Source: Nemertoderma westbladi (taxonomy: Eukaryota; Animalia; Xenacoelomorpha). Taken from it: a stretch of 32,874 nt of DNA. The notes beneath the pieces are model-generated. The model made no database searches, was not told where the DNA came from, and worked only from the letters and a program-made list of their open reading frames with translations. Where the stretch lies: positions 1 to 32,874 of the forward strand of contig JAUCBJ010002230.1 in assembly GCA_032718475.1 (NCBI GenBank), read 5' to 3'. Positions 11,501 through 22,904 of the stretch are shown here, piece after piece (positions within the stretch are counted from its first letter, which is position 1; each line of letters opens with the position of its first letter). A program made the position numbers and the translations under genes.

Positions 11501-13281
11501 TTTAGTTGCCTTCTAACAGCTGGGGGCAAATCAGGCAATTTCTGACGGTGGGATGTTCTTTTACGTCTGCTTAGATGAGATCTATTTCCTTTGCCTTCAG
11601 TGTCGGTGGTATCGCCTTCCTCAGATGATGTATAACCTTGTCTTTTGGGAGTAGATCGATTCATCATCTGCATATTACTAGCTGTTAACTGTTTATTAAA
11701 GTTGTCTTGTCTCTCTTGAAGATTTTCCAACTCTAGTTGGGTTGTCTCTTCAGATGCCCTCCGTTCTGCTTCTGCCACTGCTATTTTTCTTTCCGCTTCG
11801 GCCGCCTTTCTTTCCGCTTCTGCTGCTGCCACTTTTCTTTCCGCTTCGGCTGCCTTTCTTTCGGCTTCTACTGCTGCAGCTGCCACCTTTCTTTCCGCTT
11901 CGGCCGCCTTTCTTTCGGCTTCTACTGCTGCAGCTGCCACCTTTCTTTCCGCTTCGGCCGCCTTTCTTTCGGCTTCTACTGCTGCAGCTGCCACTTTTGC
12001 CTCTGCCGCTGCCGCTTTTGCCTCTGCCGCTGCCTCTGTCGCTTTTCTATCCACTTCTGCCACTTTTCGTTCCGCTTCTGCCGCTGCCACTGCCGCTGCT
12101 GCTGTCTTTCTATCTTCTATACGTTTTTTCTTTACTTGTTCTTCTTGAACCTTAGCGATGCGGATGCTTTCATTGAATTTAGCTTGGTTCGCAGCTAACC
12201 TATCCACATCGATTGCGTCCAACACACGCTGGGCTCCTTCACTATTAGGGCTAAGCCCCTCTAACCTTCTCCTCAACTCTTCATCACCTAAAAAACGTTG
12301 ATAGTCTGACAGATAGATGTCAATGGCATCCCTCTTATGCGGTTTCTCTGCCGTCGCTTCACTTTCCACTTGGGAAAAAGTAGCGTCTGTTGATTCTCCA
12401 TGGGTTGAGCGCTCCTCCAGCTGAGCTTTCCACTGAGCTGTTCCTTGAACCTGGCGACTCACCCGTTGAAACCAAGTCTTTATGGCAACTTGCAACGACG
12501 TGTCTTGTCTTCTTTTAGAAGCCTCCTCAAAGGCCGATAAGATTAGCCTAATTTGCAGAATTCTTTCTCTAACTTGATAAAGCAGTTGTCCCTGCTCTTG
12601 AGGTCCTTGAGGTTGTTGAAACAGTTGTTCTTTTACTCGCTCCATAGAGCTGAAGAATCCCTGTGCGTATCCGGCTGCGGACCTCTTCCACACAGCTGGA
12701 TCGATGGTTTCCTTGGCTACTCCCATCCGGTGTATGTCTTCCCAGGCAGCTTCTGATAAATCAAACAGGAGTCCGGGTCAGGGGAAGTTCCATTGCGACT
12801 CGACCATAGATTTCAGTTCTTCCTTTGTGTATCCCGCATAACTATCTTTAGTCGATCGCTTACTTCTCGCCCAATCGATCTGGTGTTCTTCCACCGCGAT
12901 CAATAACCTAGTGAGTACGGCTGCAGGAAGGATGAGAAGGGGATCCGAATAAACCGCATCCGTCATATTTGCTCCGCGCTCGGGTGTCAGCTCTACAGTA
13001 TCCTCACTACTGGAGCTGTTGGGCCGCTGAGAAATAAGTTCTTGGCTCGCGGGTTGTTGCTGTTCCGCTGCTTCTTGGTCCCGCTTGACCTGAGCTCGAG
13101 TGCCTATGATAGACCTACGATGATGGACCAGCCTAGGTTCTGTTATTACTACTGGAGGGATGACCTTCCTCACAGTGGGAGGTGAACTGAACTTAGGACT
13201 AGACGGTTCTACACCTCTATCTGAGTCGCAGATAGTTACATCTAATAAACTGTCTGACAGGTTCTGCTTAGTATCAGACAT
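8560..13281 (-). pseudogene. Gag-protease ORF of copy B with one in-frame stop
   Basis: ORFs 12778-13281 and 8560-12726 are in the same frame and read SQWNFP*PGLLFDLSEAAWEDIHRMG. TGA at 12778-12780 replaces the GGA (Gly) of copy A. Same domains as copy A. Confidence 0.9.
11770..12100 (-). repeat. Coding tandem repeat (54-bp unit, VEAERKAAEAERKVAAAA) in the Gag coiled-coil region
   Basis: Near-identical 54-bp units (e.g. 11891 and 11945); copy A has a shorter AERK array at ~3600-3730. Confidence 0.9.
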
Positions 13282-14629
13282 GTTTGTTTACACAGTTGAA
13301 TGTCTACTGCTATATTACAGTCTAAGCAAGTCTAGTAATTCAGTGTTAACTGCTAGCCTAGTAATTAATTACCGATACTGCTACTCAATGTAGCGTGATA
13401 TATAATATATTAGTATACCGGTATGCTTATAGTATATATAAGTATTATTACAGACTAGTTTATCACAGAATACCGGTAGGTAATTTTAGCACAAATATAT
13501 ATAAATATATAATAGGCCTATCGTGAATACCGGTATGCAGTTTACACTTATAGTGTATATATATAAGTATAATTACAGACTAGAATTAATTACAGAATAC
13601 CGGTATGATTTCAACCTAAAATTTATAGAAATAAATATAATAAGCCTATTGTAAATACCGGTATGTCAATTATTTTAGAATAATTGAATTTCTGAATTTT
13701 AAGGGTTACTTGGTTACTTTAACTTACTTTATTACCGTTATTTAAGCAGTAGTCCAACTGATATTGAGACCTAATTGTGGTATGGCAGGCCTACTATTTA
13801 TAAATCGTTTGAGTTGATTTATAATATATATGTACCCGTTGAAATGGGTTTTTGTCAATGTTGGAAATAAATGTTATTATTTCTGGGGGAGTCACTACAC
13901 ATAAGCTGTGCGCTCTCAGTGGAGTGCTACTTGTTAGACACTAAAACAAATAATTCTAATTTACCTAAGTTACTTAATACTACAAATTACGTACAATTCG
14001 GGTTGAGATTACAATCTCTAAATAAACACAAAAATTTAATTACAAATACACAAATACAAATTTTTAGGGTAATTTTACAAGAAGTCTACTAACCAGCCTA
14101 ACAAAGGGTTAGAATATCTGGTTATTACAACGGACAGGTTACTACGGTATTTGAAAATAATAAGTAGTAGTAAATATACTGCGTTGTCCAGATAGGAAAA
14201 TACCACCGTCTGACGACCTATAGCCGTATTGCTATAGGTACTACGTTATGTATCACGGAGTGTTCCTACCTAGAGATTAATTACCGCGGTCTACCAGAAC
14301 CAACGTGCCTATTAACCACTTTACAACACAAATACACTGGCTACACACTAATTGCTTTCGGAAAGCACTGTACACTAAACCCTAAATTAGGTACAAGTAC
14401 TTGTACAACAAATAATTAGTAGTTAAAAATACTTGAACAGCTAAAAGAACCACGGTATCTGCCGGAGTGACCAAAGCACAAAATCTCCAGTCTTTACCTA
14501 CGCCTAGCAGCCCTGATGTAGTACCGGGGTTAGTTTAACTATAACGGTATGTATAACAAACACAATTACTGTAGGAATAAACTTGGGGATATGAATGTTG
14601 CGAATAATAGCATAAACTCTGAATAATAA

Positions 14630-15200
14630 ATATTACGCTATGCGTACAAACTACTCAAACAAAATGCAGACCAAACACTGACAGACTACTATCAAGCCTA
14701 AACAAACTACGGTATATGCAGACTCCAAAATGATTAGTTAGCATGCGTTCTAACCCAGTAGTACGACTTATTCTTTCACAGGGGGTTTACCTCACAGCAC
14801 TTGAAGCCCCTACTTTCCTAACTTAGCACTTTATCGGACAGATGCTCTACACACACCGAAATTTCCTCAAACCCAACAACAGCCAGACAACTATCCAGCC
14901 TACAAATTATCTAAATAAAATTATACGCTACCCGTACAGACTACACAAACAAAGTACAGACCAAACGATGGCAGACTACTATCAAGCCCAAATAAACCAC
15001 AGGACATGCAGACTCCGAAATGGTTAAGTAGTATGCGTTCTAACCCAGTAGTACGACTTATTCTTTAGATGGGGGTTTACCTTACAGCTATGGCTGCCCC
15101 TACTTCCTAACCGTTCTTTATCGGACATACACTCTACATGCACTGCAATCCGTTCAGACCTAATCAACAGTTAGCCAACAGTCAAGCCTACAAATTATCT
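14630..15200. repeat. Tandem duplication (~290-bp unit x2) in the leader of copy B
   Basis: G(A/G)CAGACTACTATCAAGCC...TAACCCAGTAGTACGACTTATTCTTT occurs at 14680 and 14970. Confidence 0.85.
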
Positions 15201-16662
15201 GTACAATCTGAGCAGGCTTACACGCCTTCTGCTCAATACTGGCCTACAAATAAATAAAACTTGACAGAAACAAGTAAAATCTCAATAAAAAACCAGGGCG
15301 GCCGTCCCTGAATAATTATTAAGGCTTACCGGTATATAATTATCAAAATCGAATAATACTGCTGTACCTGTACTGTAAGTACCGGTTCGGGCAGTTGGGC
15401 CTACAGGCCTACAGCAGTACAGGTTACCGTTCAACCGGTACCGGTACTTTAGACTTGATTGCTTACACCGCAATCCAGAAGCAATATCTGTTATTGTTTG
15501 CGCTTTTAAGACCTTTGACAGTTTAACCTGCCAAATTAGAATGTCTTTTGGATGATAGATAGTCTTTAGCCTATGACGAGTATTTGATACACTACATTAG
15601 CCGAAGCCAGTCTATGCGCAATCATTCACCCGTTGGATATACCCGGGAGACTGAGTTCGGAGCTTAATGATTGATGGTGTAAGCCTACTGTATTATTCGA
15701 CTGATCGTAATATATAATCTCTGACAAATATTATTCACTTTCGGGAAATATTAACAGTTCCTTTAGGACGTGGCACTCTAAATATGTAAACAGAGTTATG
15801 ACTTAAACTAGGCACAACGAAAAGGCTATAGATTCACGTATATGGCGCATTCTTTAGGAGATGCTTTGTTATCAGTTACACTCATACACAATGCTGCACA
15901 ATACTGCACATTAATCTGCCGACCTTCACTAAATTTGGTCACGTATAAAGAGAGCAACATACAATTTATGTCGGGCATATGAAATAGCATTAGATTCACT
16001 TCAAACCACTTAACATAGGTCGCAATCGTTTATCTGTAACCGGTCTCTCTAACCTTTAGTATATCAAGAAGGTGGGGTGTCTGACTATTGATCAGTATTC
16101 CGATATAATATTTCATCAACCAATATAATGAATAACTGACAGTAAAAGCAGTAAAGTTAAGGTATAAATGATTATTAAGTGAGTGACTAACTCAGTAACT
16201 CGTTTGTGCAAATCGTTTGATAACAGATATACGTTCTATAATTAAGCCTACTAATGTAAGACTAAAGACTGAAACACGGAGGTGCCAAAAGCCGGTGTTC
16301 TTAGGCTCTGGGCAAAACATAACACTGAATTCCTGAGTTTCTGTATCCACCTCCAACACAGAGACAAAAAACGCTCTGATTGGTCGACCGAACAACGAGA
16401 GAACAAAGAAACAAAGAAATGTCGACGTGGCAATATCAGCTGTTAGCCGTCGTCATGGTAGCGACACTGTTTTCAAGAGTATCGAGCTTATTGCGTCCCG
16501 AAATTGCGGATTATGTCCTCTAAAGTACAAATACAGAAGAAATGGCTTTTATGTCCTCTAAAACACCAGTACAGTAAGGACACGGCCTTTTTATGCCCAG
16601 TAAACCAACTACAGAGTACTTTACGGGGAAAATAACCGGCTAACTACGCAAAAGCTTTTACA

Positions 16663-17030
16663 TAAGAGAAAGGCATGGGCAGCCTTGAATAGGCTTTCCA
16701 GGATTTGGAAGTCACAGAAAATTAATCGGAAACTTCAGATCAGATTATTTAGAGCAGCAGTAGTTCCAGTACTCCTCTATGGGATTCCATGCTGCGTGCT
16801 CTAAATGCTGAGGACACCAAATCTCTGGATGGCACATTCATAAGAATGCTACACCGTGTTCATTGTGTCAATTATGATGCACACATCTCCAACCAGACAC
16901 TATATAACATTGGAGGTGTCTCCTCTTTGGCCCTCTCCACATTGGAGGTTCCCCCAACCTTAACAATAGAACAAAGTCGCCTCCGCTTTGCAGGACATTG
17001 CTTTCGCCGTGAGGACCTGTCAGTGCATAC
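16663..17030 (+). mobile_element. Degenerate RTE-like non-LTR retrotransposon fragment (post-RT region), left part
   Basis: Translates, with a frameshift, to KAWAALNRLSRIWKSQKINRKLQIRLFRAAVVPVLLYG / SLDGTFIRMLHRV...SRLRFAGHCFRREDLSVH, typical of the RTE-like ORF C-terminal region. Confidence 0.75.
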
Positions 17031-19727
17031 ATTTTTTTTTTTTTTTTTTAATAATTCATATTCAAACTGCATTGTGTAATCATTAGCAATAATTGCACAA
17101 AAACAGGCAGTTACACAAGGTAACTGGTAATAATGAATATACGTCAGACTGGCCCGCCCAGACATTTAATGTTGGGTTCTACAGTATGTATATAAACTTA
17201 CTCTAATCCCTAATGAATTACTACACCCCTAGCTAGATATTGCGCAAATTATATTATAATATATGAATCACTGAGTGTACACAATTTACGAGATGCTATG
17301 AAAAAAAGGTAATTGTTTTTTGCGTTATGTTGTATCATCCCGGTGGTACTGAGTTAGGTAATGTTTTTTTAGGGTTGCATTAAATTCTTTCAAGTGTTGG
17401 TATTGGGAAGTTACTGCCTGTGGTAGTTCATTCCACATTTGTATTAATTTATATGTTAATGATGTATGACCGTAATAATTTTTAGTTTTTGGCATTTTGA
17501 TTTTAAATGTTCGTGGGTTTATTTGTTTGTTTTCATTTTTTAAGAATGGTAGGTCGAGATGTTTGAATGGTTCTGCTATTTCTAGTAAATATTTGTGTAA
17601 AAAGGTGATGCCGTAGTATTCGCGAGATGCATAAAGAGTTGGAATTTTAGCTTTTGTGCGAAGTTCGGTAGCAGAACAATCTTTTGGTTTTTTGCTAAAT
17701 ATGCAACGTAGTGCTAAGTTCTGCATTTTTTCCAAACGGTACAGTATTTTTTTGTGTCCATATTCGTTGTGCAAAGATAACAGCAGCTGGCAACAATAAT
17801 TATGGTATGGTAAAACCAATGCTTTATATAAAGTAATTTTCGTTTATAGTGGTAATTGCCCTTTAATTTTTCTTAGACCCGAAATTGCCATACCCATTTT
17901 ACTAATAACTGAATCAATCTGCTCTTTCCATTCTAGTTTATTGTCTATTTTTATACCTAAATATCGTACGCTAGTCGATTGTTCTATTATACATTCTTCG
18001 TTTAATTTAATTTTTATTTGTGGAATATTATTGTCTATATTTTTATGTGGATGTAGAAGTAAAAGTTCTGTTTTATCTGGATTAACTTGAAGACTGTATG
18101 CCTGGAAAATGTTTGAAATATTATGTATGATGTTTTTTAATTCGCTTGCTAAGTAGACCGGATCTTTTCCTGATATATATATGGCTGTGTCGTCAGCGTA
18201 TTGTACCATGGACGTATTTTTAGTTACTAGAGATGGCATAGTGTTAGTATAGAGTGTGTACATTAAAGGCCCCATTAGGGTACCTTGAGGGACACCCCTT
18301 TTTTCGGTCAAATATGTCGAAGAAATGTTTCCGATTTTAACTTTCTGTTTGCGGTCTGAGAGGTAATTTTTAATTAATTTTAAAGCCGTTGAATTAAATC
18401 CTAATGAATCGAGCTCTTTTAGTAAAGTATCGTGTCTGAGAGAGTTAAAGGCCTTGCTGAGGTCGAGGAACGCCACGGCAACATACTTACCTTGGTTGAG
18501 TTCAGCTCTCCACTGCTCCGTAGCGTACGTAATGGCGTCTACTGTAGAATATTTCTTTCGAAAGCCGAACTGGTATGGATTTAGTAGGTTATTTTGATAC
18601 AAATATGTATTAATTTGATTAACTAAATGACGTTCGAATATTTTTGCTATTGGTTGAGTAACTGCTATAGGTCTGTAGTTAGCTGGATCTAGATGGTTCT
18701 CCTTTTTATATATTGGTGTTATTTGTGATATTTTTAATGAGCTAGGAAATTTTGATTGTGTTATACAATTATTAAAGATAGCTGTGAGGGGTTCACATAT
18801 GTGTGGTGACATTAATTTGAATATTTTAATTGGAATATCAGAAGGTCCAGATGACTTTGAGACATTTAGCTTATTAATTATTTCATACATTTGTAGTGAT
18901 GTAACAGTATTGAAACTAAAGGGGGGCCCATTGTTTGGCGATGATTGCATTGGTTTTTGATGGTTTTGGATTTCACTAAATATGTTGTTTACCTTTGTAA
19001 AATCCCCTATATCTATGTAGACTTCATTAAATACCCGCGCAATTTCTGTTGGATCTGTATAAAATATTCCCTTGTATTTGATTTCTGATATATTATTTCT
19101 TTCAGTTGATTTATTTAGTATTTGATTTATTACTTTCCACCGCCCCTTACTTGTAGTGCATGTTGCATATGTGTTATTGACATATTGGTTTTTTAATTTT
19201 TTATTTACATTGTTAAACTTGTTTCTGGCTTTTTTAAATAACTTGAAATCGTTTTCGAAGTTAGTTTCCCGCCATTTAGCAAATAAGATATATTTTTCTT
19301 TACGAAGAACTTCTAACAACTCGTTTGACCATTTGCAGTTTTGTAATAATTTTCTTTGTGTTGAGTGTAATTTGTATTTAAGCGGTGCCACATTGTTTAG
19401 ATGAAACGCAATACTTTGTTCAAAGTAAGTCATTTGATGTTCGATGTCTACCATAGTATAAATTGGAAACCAGTCAATTTCCATTAATAGATTTATAAAT
19501 AGCTGTTCGTTAAATTTTGAAAAATCACGATACTGAATATATTCTTTATCTACCGTTTTCGGTTCTAATTTAATTGCTTCTTTTGAAATAATTGTAGCTA
19601 TAAACTCGTGATCGGAAAAGTCACAGTTATACACTTCATGATATTTTATTAAGTTTGAATTTAAATTAGTAGCCGCAATGTCAATTAATGTGCGTGATCT
19701 TTTAGTGTATCGGGTCGGTTTTGTTTT

Positions 19728-19805
19728 GTGGGGCGAGCCACGAAGTTGGCGGAGCCTTAGCGAATTGACACTGTTAGGGGGTGGGTCAATTTATGCAAAT
19801 AGTTG

Positions 19806-19837
<32 letters not shown>

Positions 19838-19942
19838 GTGGGGCGAGCCACGAAGTTGGCGGAGCCTTAGCGAATTGACACTGTTAGGGGGTGGGTCAAT
19901 TTATGCAAATAGTTGTCGTCGTCGTCGTCGTCGTCGTTGTCG

Positions 19943-19974
<32 letters not shown>

Positions 19975-21106
19975 GTCGTTACGATTTTGACATGCTAATA
20001 ACTTTGTCGGATTTAAAGCTGCCAAGTTGAAAATTTGTAGGTATCAATATGAGCAAAAGTTGAGATTTTTGAGAGACTTTCAGACACCATCAGTGCAATG
20101 GTCTCCCGCTAGAGGGCCACATGTCTAAACATTAAATGGCCACCCATTTCTTTGCTTTTAATCCGTTTAAGCTGAAACTTGGGAAGTATGTACTAGACCA
20201 TTAGCTGTAAATTTCAAAGGAGGCTAATCTGTCTGCAGTTCTCCAGTCTGCCGCTAGAGGGCGAAATGTCCCGAATGTGAAATTATTCTTCCATTTAGTT
20301 GTTTATGATCTGATTACGCTGAAACTTGTCATATATGTACTAGATGACATCCTGAGTCTTTGTGTGGATTGTAATCGGTCCGAAGTTTTCCAGTCTCCCG
20401 CTAGAGGGCCACATGTCTAAACATTAAATGGCCACCCATTTCTTTGCTTTTAATCCGTTTAAGCTGAAACTTGGGAAGTATGTACTAGACCATTAGCTGT
20501 AAATTTCAAAGGAGGCTAATCTGTCCGCAGTTCTCCAGTCTGCCGCTAGAGGGCGAAATGTCCCGAATGTGAAATTATTCTTCCATTTAGTTGTTTATGA
20601 TCTGATTACGCTGAAACTTGTCATATATGTACTAGAAGACATCCTAAGTCTTTGTGTGGACAGTAATCGGTCCGGAGTTTTCGAGTCTGCCGCTAGAGGG
20701 CGAAATGTAGGAAAGTGATAACCTTCGCGAATTCCTTGATCTTAATCTATTTAAGCTGAATTTTGGAATATACAGTACCGGTATGTACTAGACCACATGC
20801 CTCGTCTTTGTGAGGAAGGTGATCGATCCGTAGTTCTTTAATATGCCGCTAGAGGGCTAAATGTATGAAAGTGAAAACCTTCCAACATTTCGTTATTTAT
20901 GATCCGTCAATCGGAAACTTGGTAGATATGTAATAGACCATAGGCTGTGGCTTTGTAGGGAAACTAATCCTTCCTTCTTCAGTTACCCAGTCTCCCGCTA
21001 GAGGGTTAACGTTTTCCGGGAAAATCTTCTCCTATGTTTTTATATCCTTTCGAGTTGATACTTAGCATTAACTCATTTCACGTGCTGCGCGAAGACCCCA
21101 CTTCGT
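19728..21106 (+). mobile_element. DINE-1/Helentron-associated-like non-autonomous element with (GTC)n microsatellite and ~146-bp internal tandem repeats
   Basis: Precise insertion in the LINE APE domain. Ends are GTGGGGCGAGCCACGAAG...(GTC)n and ...CGTGCTGCGCGAAGACCCCACTTCGT, with a small 3' hairpin CGAAG/CTTCG. An inverted relative ends at 31356. Confidence 0.75.
20106..21005 (+). promoter_or_regulatory. Array of 7 CTCF-like motifs (CCGCTAGAGGGC)
   Basis: Motif starts at 20106, 20251, 20398, 20543, 20690, 20846 and 20995; it resembles the CTCF core CCRSYAGRKGGC. Binding is not demonstrated. Confidence 0.55.
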
Positions 21107-21751
21107 GTTTAATATATGTATATCATTTTCAACTAGCATATTGGTGAACGACTTATTTATGGGTGTGTCCTTTAATATATTTATATTACAATCCCCCTGA
21201 ATTAATATTTTCGAATGTGGTTCTAATAAAAGTGCATTTTCTAGCTCTGTTTCTATTTCATTTATGAAATCATGGCTATTAAAATTTGGTAGTTTATATA
21301 CAGTACATATTAATATGTTGTCTATTTGTACCCATAATGTCTCTAATTTCGAATTATCTCGAATGTCAGGGCGCTGTTTGAATTTATACGTATCTGGTAT
21401 GTACATTAAAATGCCCCCGCCTTTTTTCTTTTTCCTATCATGTCTATAAATATCAAAACCAGGTATACGTATTATTTGAGAAGGGTGGTGGCGTTTCAAC
21501 CAAGTTTCAGTTACAGAAACGATGGTGTTTCTCGACCCAAGCAGGATGTCCTTCAACTCGTCTCCATGTTTGACTAAACTTCTTGCATTAATATGCATTA
21601 TTGTTAGGTCATCGGCTGTATTTATAAGCATATTTTTTATATCTAATATTGATTCGCTATTTTGTAGATGCTTATTAAATTTGTGATCTGTATTATCTTT
21701 CTTTTTTGATTTAGTAGACCTTGTCACTCTACGTTTATTGGTGCCGGAATT

Positions 21752-21799
21752 AGGCCCCGGATTAGGATGGATATCCCCAGATTTTTGTAACAGAAGTTT
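21752..21799 (-). other. 2A-like (StopGo) peptide KLLLQKSGDIHPNPGP upstream of the APE domain
   Basis: Matches the GD(V/I)ExNPGP 2A consensus except E->H. It is preceded by a leucine run and sits where 2A-like motifs are known in APE-type LINEs. Confidence 0.75.
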
Positions 21800-22904
21800 A
21801 ATAATAATTATTATCATAAAACCCCAGTTAAGAGAAAATGAGTAATATAGCTTAAATATTTTGAAATTAACAAAAGAAATTATATAAAGAAGATTATAAC
21901 AATTTTGTGTAGCAGAAGCCAAATTTTTAATACTAATTTTAGTTGTCCGTATGTCATTAATTGGTGTGTAGCTTTCATAATTATTGTTGCCAGCTGGTGT
22001 AATGAAGATATATAAAAAAAACATAACCCAGTATCTCTTGCGAAATAAATTTTTGTAAAGCAGAATAAGTAATAGGGAAACTATGTTGTATAAACCTGCG
22101 ATGTACCATCGCGAAAATGTATGTGCTATCGGGAAATTAATAAAATATATAGTCACAAAAAAATAAATTAAAAAATATGATAAGTTTTTATATGTTTTAT
22201 TTTAATATTAAGTTTAAAATTTCGGATATTAAGCCTAAATATATTAGGCCTATTTAAAACTGTATTTTCATAGCATTTTTTAGCTTTTCGTACCATATTT
22301 ATCAACACCAAGATATATGGCATTGATATATACGATATGAATAATAAAGTGGTTAATTTCAATAATATCAACAAATATAATACTAAAGTGCAGACACGTA
22401 TTATCTGACGTACTAGTAGTAATTTAAGTGTGAGTAAAGAATACATAATTACCAAAAATGTTATTGTATTTTCGAAAATTACAAGTTTTATATAATATGT
22501 TAATAATTGGATGACATATATACAATTAGGAGCGAGCCAGTCTGACTGTTCAATATTATTCGATATAACATCAATATTATACATAACGAACGTAACTGGT
22601 AAATTAGTAAAATTGTCACATATATTTATATTCTGTATATTAAAATCATAATACGTACAAGTACAAGTTCCTATGATATTAAAATTAAAATTGATTTGGT
22701 GCATACTTTTATAATGGTTATGGGCGGTATTATTGGCCTCTAATGCAGTTGGGATCGAATGTTTATCAGAACATAGTGTGTTACACATGGTAACAAAGAA
22801 TAAAAACGAATACAATGTGAACGTGCATTAAAAGTCAATATGTTTCAGAAACAATAAAATTTGATAAAATTTGATAGATCCATATGGGGATGGGGTTGGC
22901 ATAG

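Larger units (their letters stand above)
8407..16662 (-). mobile_element. Non-autonomous Bel/Pao-derived element, copy B (interrupted at its 3' end by copy A)
   Basis: Colinear with copy A from ~247/8407 onward and has the same TGTAAAAGCTTTTG 5' terminus at 16662, which abuts RTE-like sequence. Confidence 0.85.
17325..22156 (-). pseudogene. LINE ORF2 (APE endonuclease + reverse transcriptase), disrupted by an insertion and one stop
   Basis: APE motifs HINARSL, SVTETWL, GGGILMY, QGDCNIN, PTR...TLID, FSDH. RT motifs NYRPIA, QFGFR, FLDLSKAF, GVPQG, QYADD, YLGIKID. Removing 19728-21106 restores the frame (HILN|KTKPTR). In-frame TAA at 17844-17846. Confidence 0.92.

Noticed and set aside
12778-12780. 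Programmed readthrough or selenocysteine TGA
   Set aside because: Copy A has GGA at this codon; a single nonsense mutation is simpler.
1717-13393. Numerous + strand and alternate-frame ORFs overlapping the Gag-protease genes
   Set aside because: Antisense or frame shadows of a long ORF and its coding repeats; no independent motifs.
19678-20030. Poly-Arg/Ser ORFs
   Set aside because: Translations of the (GTC)n microsatellite.
20100-21010. CRISPR-like appearance (conserved motif at regular spacing)
   Set aside because: The intervening sequences are homologous to each other rather than unique spacers; there are no cas genes and the context is eukaryotic.
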